Positions 48,865-61,742 of a DNA stretch of 64,000 nt are shown here, piece after piece. The position numbers were made by a program, and so were the translations under genes. The DNA is from Perna viridis. Lineage: Eukaryota. Within the stretch, counting starts at the first letter, position 1; each line of letters begins with the position of its first letter. Location of the stretch: NCBI GenBank assembly GCA_037379345.1, contig CM074513.1, positions 40,420,885-40,484,884 of the forward strand. The letters are read 5' to 3'. The notes under the pieces are model-generated. The model saw only the letters and a program-made list of their open reading frames with translations. It did no database searches and was not told where the DNA came from.

Positions 48865-51311
48865 GAAAATTTCACACCTGCTTCTGTGGTCGAGATACGT
48901 TCTAAAGGCTCCTAACAAATCGTGTGAATTGGACCCTTTACCACCATTATTAATGAAATCATGTATTGAAAGTCATAACTGATATGGTTAATAAGTCTTT
49001 AAGGGAGAGCATCGTACCAGATGAATCCAAAAGTGCTATTGTGCGAACTCTTTTGAAAAAGCCCGGCCTCGACAAAAATGTAATGAAAAACTTGCCATTT
49101 GTGTCAAAAGTTTTAGAAAAAATCGTTGAAAATCGTTTTGAAAGTCACCTGTCATCGAAAAATCTTTATGAACCTGTTCATTTGAGCATACCACTCCACC
49201 GAAATAGATCTACTGCGTGTGCACCCATGACATTTACGAGGCACTTGATAGAAATTGTTGCGCTGTGCTAAACATGCTTGACCTATCGGCCGCGTTCGAT
49301 GTGATCGATCACAATATTCTCCATCGACGCCTGGAACATTCTTTTGGAACAGCTCTTAGTTGGTTGAATGCGTATCTTAGAGACAGAACTCAGCGAATAT
49401 CAATTGGTGCTACAATGATGAGATCGAACTTAAGTATGGCGTTCCCCAGGGATCTATTTAAGTCCATAACTATATTGTATATTCAAAGCCGATAGGTGAA
49501 ATATGTAGACGACACAACATGTGTCATCACTGCTACGCCGATGATACACAAGTATGTCTAGTTGTACAACCGCTCGATAATTGGAACAACGTATCTGAGC
49601 GACTTGAATCTTGCCTTAACGATATAAGCATCTGAATGTATAGTAATATGCTAAAGCTGAATAAAGATAAGACCGAACTGATTATTTTCGCACCATAACA
49701 TAAAGCCAAAGACCTTTCGAATTGTAGTCTTCGTTTTGGAGGAAACATCGTTAGTACTACTGATTGTGTTAAGAACTTAGGCGTCTACTTTGACAAAACA
49801 CTCTCGATGACAAAAACAGATCAGTGCAATATCAAAATCTTGCTTTCATCAGATTCGCAATATTGGCCGTATTCGTCGGTACATCACAGAAGACGCATGT
49901 AAAACTCTTGTTTGCTCGATGATAACATCAAGACTTGATTACGGGAATGTACTTCTATATGGACTCCCAAGTGGTGAAATTAAAAATTAAAAATACCGCA
50001 GCTAGAGTTATTTTACGGAAAAGGAAATCAGATCATATCACCCAGTGCTGAAATCTCTCCATTAGCTCCCTGTCTCTTACCGTTGTCAATTAAAGTTGTA
50101 GCTGTATGTTTTCAAAGCTCGTACAGGCAAAGCTCCGTTTTACATTCAAGAACTGATTAAAATCTATAGATCGTTGAGATCGGGATCTCAATCTTTGTTG
50201 CCCCGTGCAGGTTCGGGTGTTAAAAGAATAGGCCTGCAGCAGCGCTAAGCTTGTCGTAAAAGGCGACTAAATAGTGCTCAGAACCCTAGCCGGGGGTTAG
50301 GGCGCTCTGCCCAAAGAGCAACTGGGATGTATGCCCCAGGCGGTGGAATGGGGCACCCCTGGCGTGTTACATGCTGGGGTTGTCAGGCTATAATACGGAA
50401 AACCTGAGCGCAAACCATAGTGGTGCACCGTGTTGAGAAAGAGGTCACGTTCCTTGCACGTTAAAGAACCCTACTGTGGTATTCTCCCGGAGTAGGAATC
50501 ATAGGGCTCCGCCACAGGAGGCTAAATTGCCCGACCCTACCCATCTCTCCCTATTTCCAGTGGCAATCAAAATTTGTCGACCCCATTATCCTTGTGACCC
50601 ATCCTTTTTTTTATCATTTCATGTTCATTTTATCATCCATTTCATGTTCATTGTCTGAATATAGCTGAAATATTGCTGCTCGGACGTTAAACCCCAACAA
50701 ACATACAAAATCAATCTTTGTTAGAAATACCAACTACCCGAACAAAGTCATACGGTGAAAGACGATTTGATAAATCTGCTACCTTTCAATAGAACGCCTT
50801 GCCAAATGATATGCGGGACACTACAGTGAGTGTGGATGTTTTTAAAAAGCGACTAAAAACTCGTTCTTTTTAAGCAAGCATTTATGTGATAATTTGTATC
50901 TGTGGATTTGTGATATGACTTATATATATATGTTTTAGGTTTTTTTTTATTTTATTTTTTGGGGGAATGTTTCTAAATATTTATTACCATACTTGAATGT
51001 TTTTCATGCATGTTTTAAATTTGATTTTGGTTTATTTATTTTATATTCTTTTAATTTTGAATATCTTTTTATACTCTTTACAAATTCAATTCCAATCAAT
51101 TAGTTTTTTCCCTTTGTCTCTTATTTTAGAAAAGCGAAAGTGGTTAGTCAACGGCAAGGGAGACCGTCGGACTCAAGCCGTAAAAGAAAAAAATCGGATA
51201 TAAGGCAAGGATCCTTTTTGAAATTTATGTATTGTGATATAAATAATGTGTTACAAATATGGTCATTATTTATTTGAAAACTAGTCAAGAAATAAATGAA
51301 ATGAAATGAAA
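48865..51311 (+). mobile_element. Decayed L2-clade LINE, 3' part (RT domain), interrupted by a SINE-like element
   Basis: Frameshifted fragments KSCELDPLP, LLKKPGLD, LDLSAAFDVIDH, GVPQGS, YADDTQ, LKLNKDKTE, SRLDYGN, FKKRLKT. Possible AATAAA+(TGAAA)n tail near 51290-51311. Confidence 0.85.
50200..50710 (+). mobile_element. SINE-like non-autonomous retroposon, copy 2
   Basis: Homologue of 2086-2589. Perfect 12-bp TSD TCAATCTTTGTT at 50188-50199 and 50711-50722. Confidence 0.9.
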
Positions 51312-51957
51312 GGAAGACACGTGCTTAGCTTACTCCAGCAATGCTAGAGGTTGTCTGGCCAGCTATTTTCTGACTTGGTGCCATCCTAACCTCTAGCATC
51401 TGACACGTTGAAAGCCACCGCAGATGTGAAATAGCTTAACATGTGTTTTAAAACATTTTAAGTCTTTTATTTACATAAAAGAAGTTTAACCTACCGGAAA
51501 TCGAGCGATAAAAATCCTAAATATTTGTTTTCAAAATGACCAACAATTTTGAATTGGGTCCCTAATTTTACGTAGTACAATATATTTTCGACAAAAAGAA
51601 CTCAAATTTGGAAATGGCAATTCGTTGGTTAATTTAATATTTTCGTTTCACAAATAAAAATTCGAAATTTTATCAACCGGATGTACCCATTCAAAGAGCT
51701 GAAAACCGAATGTGAAGTTAATTTAAACTTCTTTTACACAAGATGTCCAGGATTGCTGGATTTTCTCATCAAGTAGGTCATTTGTTTTTCTTCAGTTTAG
51801 TCACCTTCTTCTGTGTTAGGGTAAAAAATTGTATCAAATGTTTTAAATGGTAAATATTTTACTATAATTCTGAACGAGCGGGATGCAATATATGGCGCTC
51901 GGGAGTAGGAGGTTGTGGTAGGGAGGAAAAGTTTTCCAACCTCTTACGTTGTAGGAG

Positions 51958-52310
51958 TAGCATATTAACGAAAAAAATCTTACATGTTAATAAATGATTT
52001 TGCCATTACAATAAATATATTGCATATTAATGAACAAACTTACTTATTAATGAAAAAAGTCTTGCATTTCAAAAACCAAATCTTGCATTATAATAAATAA
52101 TTTTACATTTCAACGAAAAAAATCTTACATATTAATAAAACGACTATTGTATTTCAGTAAGAAATCTTGCATTATAATAAAAATATCTTGCACAATAATG
52201 AAAAAATCTTGCACTTTAAGAAAAAAATCTTGCATTTTAAAGAAAAAATCTTGCATATTAATGAAAAAATCTTGCATATTAATGAAAAAAATCTTGCATA
52301 TAAAGAAGAA
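51958..52310. repeat. About 21-bp minisatellite (AAAAAATCTTGCATATTAATG)
   Basis: Repeated AAATCTTGCA cores. These explain the spurious KKSCIL ORFs. Confidence 0.9.
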
Positions 52311-54682
52311 AATGTTGAATAAAAATGGGAAAGTGATGTATTTTGCAACACATCACTTGCCATACTATTTGTCTGTCGAAAATATGTGTATTTTTATCCA
52401 TCCGTTAATGTAGCGACTTTCACCGTCGACTTTATTAATCTGATTTATTCGATTTTTAATAATTACTACAGAATTTCGATCACAATATGAAAAGTCCGAA
52501 AGGTATCAAAGATCATGAAGGCGACGCTTTTGCATTTAGTAAGATAGTACTAGTTCCGATTTTTTGTGAGACGCCTCAATTTTGTTTGTTGATTCTCTCA
52601 TTATATTTCATTCGTTCTTCTGTTTTATTTGAATAATGTGTTTGTTTTAGGCGACTCACCTGGACAACGTTCCGTTACCAAGCGATGTAATCTTGCACGA
52701 TGAATTAGTTGCTTGTACTGTGTCCACCAAAAAAACAGCTAAAGCTAAAATCCGCATCTTTGTAAACGGAAAGCACTTGCAAATTAACAAACAACGTCAA
52801 TGAAGTCGCTTTAGATTCTAGGTCAGAAAGCTTCTTTAACTACACGATTTAAAACATTGATAACTGAAGGTCATCGCTCCAAGCTATATAAAACTACGTC
52901 GAAATGGTATAAAAATGAAAACGGTAACGGTAAATAACTTCAATATCTCGTTAAATGATTGCGAACACATAGCTGCATTGATATGTTGTGCACAGGTATT
53001 CTAAAATTACATACATGTATATCAATGTGATATTGCACGTTTAACAAGAACGAATAGAAAGCCACGTTGCGTACTGAAGCGCATCAAACCATGAAAAAAT
53101 GGAAATTTACCAAAACATTAATGAAATAGTTACTGGTCTGTATGGTACTGACATTGGTATCGTTGACGGTCAAGGTGAATTTATTAAAGTTTATATTTAC
53201 TCTTTGAGTATGTATTCGGATGAATGATTATGGACATATTAAATAAGCAGTTTTCAAATTGAAGGAAGATCGGTTAGATTACAACCAAAATATGTCTCAA
53301 GAATATTTATATACAAGAGGTGTCTTATTCGGTTTTAAAATTTCAATTGTACACACATTAAACAGTCAATTCATTCATACTAATTGAAGAAAGAGCTGTT
53401 TATCGTTTACGTACAATTTATATAGTTGTTACTGTCCCTTGTTTAATGGTGATATTTGATTGTCTTAATTTCATTTTAAAGTCTATTTCGGATTCTTTTC
53501 CACTATTGACTTTTTATTACTTATTTATATCATGATTCTTCGTTCAATTGAATGGTATCGCCTTGTGTGAATTATTTTGAGTGGACCAGAATTTCACTCA
53601 CTTATGTTTTTGTTTTATTTGTCATATTGATAGCGCTTCAGGTTTTTTTGTGTATGTTTTGTTTTTCGTATCTTCAGTTTTTTTTAAAATGTGATCTATT
53701 CTATTCGGTCTGTAGATCGTTCGGCTTTATATTTGGATTTTGACGTATATGAATTTTCCCATTGTCTTTGCTGGTATTGTAAGGAAAACATTAATTTTTA
53801 CTAATTCATTATAATTTTACGTATGTTATATTCTGACTGGTGCATCTTTTATTAATAATCTTTTCATTATCTAAGGTAAGAAAGTCTGAACCGGGCAAAA
53901 TATACTCGAGTATTTATATAAAAAGTTGTGAGTTTCTAACACATCAAGCAACAATTAAACACATTGTAAATAGGGTTATCATTATTTGCATGACTATATA
54001 TAGTCTAAAAGTTTGACACTGTCAAGTTCTCGTTTAATTTGGCAGATTTATTTGTTTGTCTATTTGTCTAGACATACATAGTATCCGAAAGAGGAAAAAT
54101 ATAGTTTTCTTTGGCAAAAAGATACTCAAGTACATGAAACCGGTTTTAATTGTTGGTGACATTTGTTTCAATGGTAACCGCTTATTGTGCTATATCTTTG
54201 CAAATATTTGATGGTTAACCTACCAATGAAACGATTTTGAAGAGTAAATATTGCAGGGATTAATAATTTATCTTTTATTTTAATTTGCAGAAAGTAAATT
54301 ATATATGTTTTTATTTTAAGATTCACATTAAATCTCTCAAAGTTTCCCAAAGGAACGGTTTTACTTTCAATTTCTTTACAGACATTTGGGAAAGTTTTAT
54401 ATTTGCTGTTGCATATGTTATTCATATGAAAAATCTCATTTGGAAAAGTCGCTACTTATTATTCTTTAAGTACCAGTTTCCATCATATACTTATTTTTAT
54501 GTACCATTTTAAGACCCGGTCAGTGGCGTTGCTATATTTACGTCAAAATGCTCATTCGTTCTTGCAAAAACTCTCCATTCAAATATGGTCCTTCCGGTCA
54601 TATCGTTACGGGAGATTTGTTCATCATCGAACACGGATCTCTGTGTAATATCCTTTCTAAATTCCATTAATTGGAATTATAA

Positions 54683-54872
54683 CCCTACCGGTGCACCTGG
54701 TCCATGCTCCCAGTTTTTAGTGGAGTCCGAGTTGCTCATTCATGGTTTGTTACTTTGTATGTATGATTTAGTTACTTTATGTTCTTTGTTGTGTATGCCT
54801 GCTTTCCATGTCTGGTCTTTGTCCCTGGATTACATTCTTTTGATTACCGCTATAACCTTGGTTACCTTGATT
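54683..54872 (+). mobile_element. Helitron/HINE-like interspersed repeat copy
   Basis: Reverse complement of most of 20765-21010 (GGTCCATGCTCCCAGTTTTTAGTGGAGTCCGAGTTGCTCAT...GATTACATTCTTTTGATTAC). Confidence 0.65.
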
Positions 54873-57800
54873 ATTTTTTATACAAAATTAAGCTACATAT
54901 CAAAAATACTAAATAGAGAGACTTAAGTTAGATGTTGTCTATGAAAATGTAATATCACGTTTGTGACACATGTCATAATATACCCTAGGGTAGCCAGGAA
55001 TTACTTTTATTTTTAGTACATTTTGTGAGTCCAAGTTACCAAAGCGCTAGAATTCTCTGCCATTTTTGTGAAACTTACTCTTTCCCCGTGGAATTTGAAA
55101 AGTATTTAATTATATTTTAAGCATCCATCTTTGTCAGCCCCCACCTCTTTTGTAAACATTGGGACTTGGACATTTAACAGTTAGGGGTTTCTCAGTTCGT
55201 ACGGCATTTTCATGCATTTAGGGGTTAGGCATACTTAACAGAAGTTTCAGGATGCCCATAGACCTTGTGGAACTGCCACACGCACTTTAGTTTCAGAGAA
55301 AACATGTACGATTGATATTTGGAATCTGTTGCGTTTACTAGGTACGGTAAGTATTTTTATTAAATTACTGATTCAAGAAAACTTCGTTTTAAAGACATTG
55401 TGAAGACATTTTCAAACAGCTTCACTTTTATCAATACATATAATAACAACAAATTTTGAAAATGACATTTTTTACTATTCTTAAAAACTGTTACCTCCCT
55501 CTAAAAATTATATATTTTTTTTAATAATTTGGGCTATAGTTTTGTTTATATAGCTTCATTTACATCCTATAAGTCTATTTCAATCCTCCTCCTCTCATTA
55601 ATGGGTCAAAACAGAATGATAAACGTATGAAATTATCAACTACTCCCATGAAATTCTATTGCATAAAGTCACATAACATTAATTATGACGATACCTTAGG
55701 CTAGAGACCACTAAATTAAATGCATTAAATATTTGCAAAGAACTTCTTCTGACTTTTCAAATAAAATAAATCAATCATGACTTGCTTTTTAACAATATTA
55801 ATAAAGAGATAGCCTTTAAAAGTAATCATTTTCTGAAATATTGGTCTATTTAAAAAAAAATTATGCCTGACATGCCTCCCCCATTTTCTTGATCACATGT
55901 CAAAATCCCTATATCTTTAAATTTTCACAAAAGGTGATATATTTGGCTTTAAATTTGTAAATACAGTGTTTTCACATTAAAACATGACCAGTAAAGGGCA
56001 CCTAAATTAAAAAAAAGTAGTCAAAAATGGATTTTCCATGTTGCCATCAGGAAATGCTTATAGGTCTCAGTATCGTATTAATTTTCCCATAGACGTCTAT
56101 AGTGAAGTGCATATTTTTAGGAATTTTTAAAAAATATATAAATTGATTCAATAAAACTTTCGCTTATGTAGCATTTCTAAAGACATGTGAAAAAATAATT
56201 TTCCGCAAAGAAAATAGGGTGAGTCCACGAAGATCGGACAGAAAAGTAGTCTCGAACTATAAATAGCCATTTTCCCTACTTTCACTTTCGTTTTGCAGTT
56301 ACCAAACCAACCTTTTCAGTGGAACATTTTTATGATATCATGTTAGATATTCTTTTAAAAAAGTTCTTCATCTTACAGTGTGATGTTTGCTCTATTTTAT
56401 AAGTCATTGTTCATATCTTTTGACAAAATATTAGTTTGTAGAGAGTCAAAAAGAAAATGCACTATATTTTTATAGCGTCCATGTTTTGACGTACACCTGC
56501 TCAGGGATATGCAATACGATACTGGTACCTATATGTCCTTAACCGCAGTAATGAAGGTGAGTTTTTCCTCATTTCTAACCAAATTTTTGCTCAAATCTAC
56601 ACAAAACTTGATTTCAAGTGCTGATTACCACCATATTGAGGTAAATATAGCCCTCAAAGTTTAATATTTGATATTTTTACTAAATTTTGTACACTTTTTA
56701 CAAGATAGGACATAAAAATCAGCCAAGAAGACCAATTTTCCATAATTTGGACCTATAACTTAAAAAATGCATATTTTGAAGGATTTTTGTAGTGTATTCC
56801 TCTCATGGCAAAGTTTACAAGATCTTCAAGTAGTTTAAAGCTATTCCAAGAAACTTTTCATTTAGCCATGGCTTCTGCTTAAGGCTAGAAACCACTAATT
56901 CCACTTCCCATAGGCTTCTATGCTAATTTCACAAAATTCAATGGCTTCTCTGGACTTTACCTTAACTTTAACATGCAGAAGACTATATATCAGCATGATT
57001 CTACATATGTCAGCTCACAATCCTCAGAATGGCATGTGGGGTTAGCAGACTTGCAGTGCAGTACTGGTCACCGGAAGTGAAGGGTCTATAAATAACATGG
57101 GAAATCCCAGTGTTTTCACAAGATAGGAGTATATTTAGAAACCATTGTGGAGATTAGCTTCACATCACAAGAAGCAAAATGCACCTATAAAATGTACAGA
57201 AACGTTTTCCTTTCAGAAACTGTTTAAATTTTTTAAATAAGATGAGAACTTTTTTCACAGCACTATGAGGAACAGGGGTAATTTCTGCGTAGGACTATTT
57301 TTGCGTACGTTCCAAATGCTCATTGGTTGAATTGGTAGTCTGTAACCTTTATTCTCTTGAACATCAGTTGAAAATGTAAAATAAAACCAAATAAACATTT
57401 GAATGTAAAGAAGCAAAGCATAAATATGAAAAAGTACCATTTTAATATACAAAATGTATGCCTGTTTGTGAGTGTATAACATGAGAGATGAGACAAGTTT
57501 TGAAAGATGTCATGTTTTTGTATAGTCATCTTATTTTCAGAATCTACTTTCTATTTAATGAAATATTCTTATTCTCATGTATAGAATGCTTATATGTAAA
57601 AATAGACAACAATCTTCCAACAATTATACTATGGGTTAAAATACCTGTTACAAGGTATATTGAATTATTCATATTTTAGAAACAAAGCAATTACGTCAGA
57701 TCACTGTTAATACTTGTTTCTATGAAAATAAAGTAAACTCATATATATATATATAAATTGCATTATTTGATAAAGATACGTTTATTGTACAAATCAGGCC

Positions 57801-57959
57801 TCCAGCCCACGGTACGAATATGAATTCACAATATAATATCATGCCAACTGCAGATATCATCATAAATTATCATCATCAACAATTTTGAAAACATTAATAA
57901 CAATAGTTAGATCAAAAGTTCACATTAATGAACAAGAACACATTTACAAGTACACCTTT

Positions 57960-58440
57960 CATTTCATTACAAAACAATTAAAATGACAATACCTCTTCTC
58001 TCACATGTTTCCTTTTGGATGTAAATAGCAGTATTTTTCAAGATAACATGATCTTCAGTTTTAAAAAGACTAATCAATTTGTCCATACTTGGATTACTGT
58101 GACACCATATTGGTAAAACAATTTCTTCTAATGTCTGACAATATTGGATAAACAAGCATAAAATAAAAATCCACAACTGACATAATCTATCTTTGCGTAA
58201 TATATTTTCATGTCTACCTTGTTCAATAGCAAGCTTATGATTGGAACATAAATTTCAATTCTAAGATTAAAAACAGTTTTTGAGTATTTTTATTTATACA
58301 TTTTGATCCTTAAACTTGGTATAAAAAGAATATTTTTGTGAGTTAGAAATATGTTCCCACCAGTTCTGTCCATTTATATCCCTTAGTCTTTGTTTAAACA
58401 TACAAATAAATAATGACTCATCTCCAACAACTTGTACAGA
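57960..58440 (-). mobile_element. Decayed LINE 3' fragment (RTE-X-like C-terminal region)
   Basis: Translates to SNHKLAIEQGRHENILRKDRLCQL..F.F.L, the S.H.L.IE.GR...R.C zinc-finger region of APE-type non-LTR ORF2. Confidence 0.6.
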
Positions 58441-59100
58441 GACAGAAGTGGAATTGAGCAGCTACTCAACAGTCATGATATTTTAAGCTTTCAAGAAACA
58501 TTCCAAAAAAAAAAAAAGAAAATGAGTTTATGCATGTAAATATTTTTTGTGATTTTGAGTGCTTCGAATGTTTTCGTAATGGTAATAACTTTAACTATAA
58601 TAAAGCTTCTGGTGGTGTACTAGTACTTGTGAGAAAGCATATTGTTAAAAACTGAAAGTTGTACAAACACTAAAACATTAAATTGCATTATCAATACAGC
58701 GAAATCTGTTTAAAGCGAACTTGTACAGTCCAAAAGGCATTGACTCTGGTGTGAAGGGACATGTTGCTTTCAGTTTATAGAGAGTTCGGTTTAGACAGGT
58801 TACCTTGTATCGAGCATTAGTTGTTAGTATGGTCAGCAGCCTCCCACATATAATATTATATCAGGATATCTATTCATAAAGCGCATAATTTTTGCTAATG
58901 TTTGTTTTTCTTGCCATGAAATTATTTCAATACTGATCAATACAGAATGTGGGAAGCTCCAATGGAAACCTTGATAAGTTCACGTCCTGTGCAATAAAAT
59001 GGAGTACGAAAATAATCGTCGAATTCAATATTGTATCCTAAGCAATTACATGCAGCGAAACTCGAACAGAACTTTGAACATAGTGTTGGACCTACCGCAT

Positions 59101-61740
59101 CTGGTTTTATTAGTTTTTTGGTTCGATAATCCTCTAACAGTATGTATGTGTAAATTGCTGTAGTGTCCGTGACGTTCCCTTCATCGTCAAAGTCCCTATC
59201 ATATATTAAGTTATAGTAGACTGGAAATCCTGGTACCGTTGAATTTACTTTGGCAGTGAATGTTCCTTCGTTGAAAGTATGTGGAATTTTTTCCCAACAA
59301 GAATTGGCATCCTAGATTACCTTTTTTTTTATAATATTTTGAAATATTTAATAACAGCCCCTTCAATGAGCATTTTGACATTTTCTGTTAGATCTTCTAT
59401 ACTAAGCAACTTTCTTTTACAGATGCATTAAATATTGTCTTGTCCTGGACATATTACTTCAGCACATTTTGTCTAAACCTTAACTGTGCAATGAATGCCT
59501 TCCTTTCTCGGATATTTTGGTTAGGAACCTTAGTATGTCAACTGCCATACTTGAACACCTCCATTTAAATTTCCCCCTTAATTCTCTACCTTGTTTCCTT
59601 GCATCTGTCAGTAATTTATCTCTATTTTCTTAGGGTAAACTATCTAACCATTCATGTGTTTGCTGAATGAAAATGTTATAAATGATTCATTTGTTGATAT
59701 TGAAGTATTAGATCAAAATCCGACCATGAAATCGAGCATCCGAAGTTCTGGTAGCTTGTTGCGTGGTATTACTGATAAAGTTTCAGCAGTTAGCTGTGGT
59801 GATGCTACATAAAACAGACCTCCGGGTAATTGATCCTTCATTGCTACTTTAAGAAGTTTATAAAAAGAAGCAAACACAGCAAGAGTGTCTATCTGAACAT
59901 TTTGCACTTTCTATGAGTTAAATTCTCATCAAATGGAAATACTCCACAATTTATAAAGGAATTAGCATCTTTGTTATTTTCCTCCAAGAAGTCTAGAAGC
60001 ATTTCATAATAAGCATTCATTTCTAAGACATGTTTATCAGTTTTTTTTCAATGAGGCACCACAATGGCCCAGTCATAATTTTTTATATCAACCCCAGCAC
60101 TTTACATTCGGCCATTACAGGGTTTGATCTGCACCATGCACATTTTACAAGAAGTCTATCACATGATTTCGATTGTAAAAAGCGATTTCACCCATAAAAA
60201 GTGTTGAAATTTTAACAATGTTAAACTTGTTTCCTCTGAAAGAAATAAAGTTTTTTTTTTATTTTTCTCAAAACAATATGAATTAAAATAAGAAAAAACA
60301 AATAGATTTCTCGTCAAGTCCTGTGGCAAAACTTTTTATGGTCGTCATCGTGAACTCGTGAATCGTTACGGTGAAAACTGATTTGTTCGACGTGCATAGT
60401 TTTCTTTTCCTCTTTTGTCTACCTCGGACTTGACTTTTTATGAGCAACTCGGCAGGTGTTTCTCGAAAAGCAAAAGATGCTTATCCTACCAGTGCACTTG
60501 GTTAATGCTCACAGTTTTTAGTTGAGTCCGAGTTGCTCATTTACTTTTGTTACTTTGTATAAATTATTTTAGTTACTTTATGTTCTTTGTTGTGTTTTTC
60601 TGGTTTCATTTTTATGTTCATTTACAACATCATCCTTTTTATGTAGGACTTCAAATTATTTAAGTACAGGTGTTGTGCACTCTGCAAAGTTAACAAGAAG
60701 GTGTAAACCACAAAATACATTATTCACTGTAGAACAGCCATTTTTTATGCATCCGACAGATCATTCCACCCATCAATAACTTACGGCATCATTTGTTTAT
60801 GGTAATCAATTAATAATTATGTAAAGGCAATATTGGTATTCGACCAGTCCGACATGAAGTCTCTAATATTGCATATTATATCATACACATGTGACATTTC
60901 ATTGTTTTCTAAACTTCCATTACATAATTCAGATAATCTATTAAAATCTCCTTTAAAGTATCTAAAGTTGTTAAAAATGCTTTATTGTGCATTTCCCTTA
61001 AACTTTGTATGTTTATGCTCAGCACTAATAAAGTAGCTATTGTATGTCTTTCCAAACTTCCGTTTTTCATCATAATGTAATGTAGTTTTTTTATTTTCTT
61101 TCTTTCAAACAATGTCCAACCTAAATATAACTTACTTACGATCTTTTCTGTCACTATATTATCAATTGTTCTTTATGTCGGTATTTGCTACAAACTTTTA
61201 CCAGCTAGTTTCAAACTTTCATTGATAACAGATGTTATATGTTCAGTTGCTACATTTTTACCAGATATTTTCATGACTACTTGTCTAAATTCCAGTGTAA
61301 TTGCACGTAACTTTTCGTCCAGTATATTTATTTCTTTATCGTCTTGAATTAAAAGAATGGAGATAATGACTTATTTCCAAAGAGTAATTTAGGTTTGTTT
61401 AAAGGTTACTTACTAATTCTGTATCTTCATTAAACTGTTATGATGTGTCACTGTACAAACTCTGAATTTCCCAAGTTCACTGTTTAACTTGTAAATGTTA
61501 TCTATTTCACTTTTATTGATTTTGTATGTCTGTTAAATCCTTATTTACTTCCTTAGCACATGATTTATATTTCATTACACAGGATGACAATCTTCTGTTT
61601 TGAGTTTTTAATTTCTTACAACTATATCTTAACATTTTAATTTCATTCTTTTACTGTTGTACCTTATATTTCAGATTTTCCACTAAATCTTTGTTTTCTA
61701 TTTTAACTTAATTGTCGTGGCTTTTTGCAAGAAATTATTT
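59101..61740 (-). pseudogene. Decayed DDE transposase (CxxH-containing, hAT/P/Kolobok/MULE-type fold) with C-terminal Spin/Ssty-like domain
   Basis: Ordered, frameshifted motifs: TLHYDE.RKFG (about 61075), NIRDFMSD (about 60860), NNVFCGLHLLVNFAE (about 60710), ECKVLGLI..MTGPLW (about 60090), DQLPGG..NKLPE..FGMLD (about 59830-59735), AQLRFRQNVL, then LVGKK..H.F..YYNLIYD..IYTYILLEDY. Confidence 0.7.
60133..60594 (+). repeat. About 460-bp segment duplicated at 61743-62227 (ends in a HINE-like repeat)
   Basis: Near-identical apart from small indels. Interrupts the transposase relic. Confidence 0.9.
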
Positions 61741-61742
61741 GT

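Noticed and set aside
52147-52413. ORFs with KKSCIL / CKIFSL repeats
   Set aside because: Translation of a 21-bp minisatellite.
56215-56965. Possible imperfect TIR pair (AGGGTGAGTCC / GGACTTTACCT)
   Set aside because: Match too weak, and no matching TSD on the left.
58520-58660. APE endonuclease-like ASGGVLVLVRK fragment on the plus strand
   Set aside because: A single short motif; too little to call.
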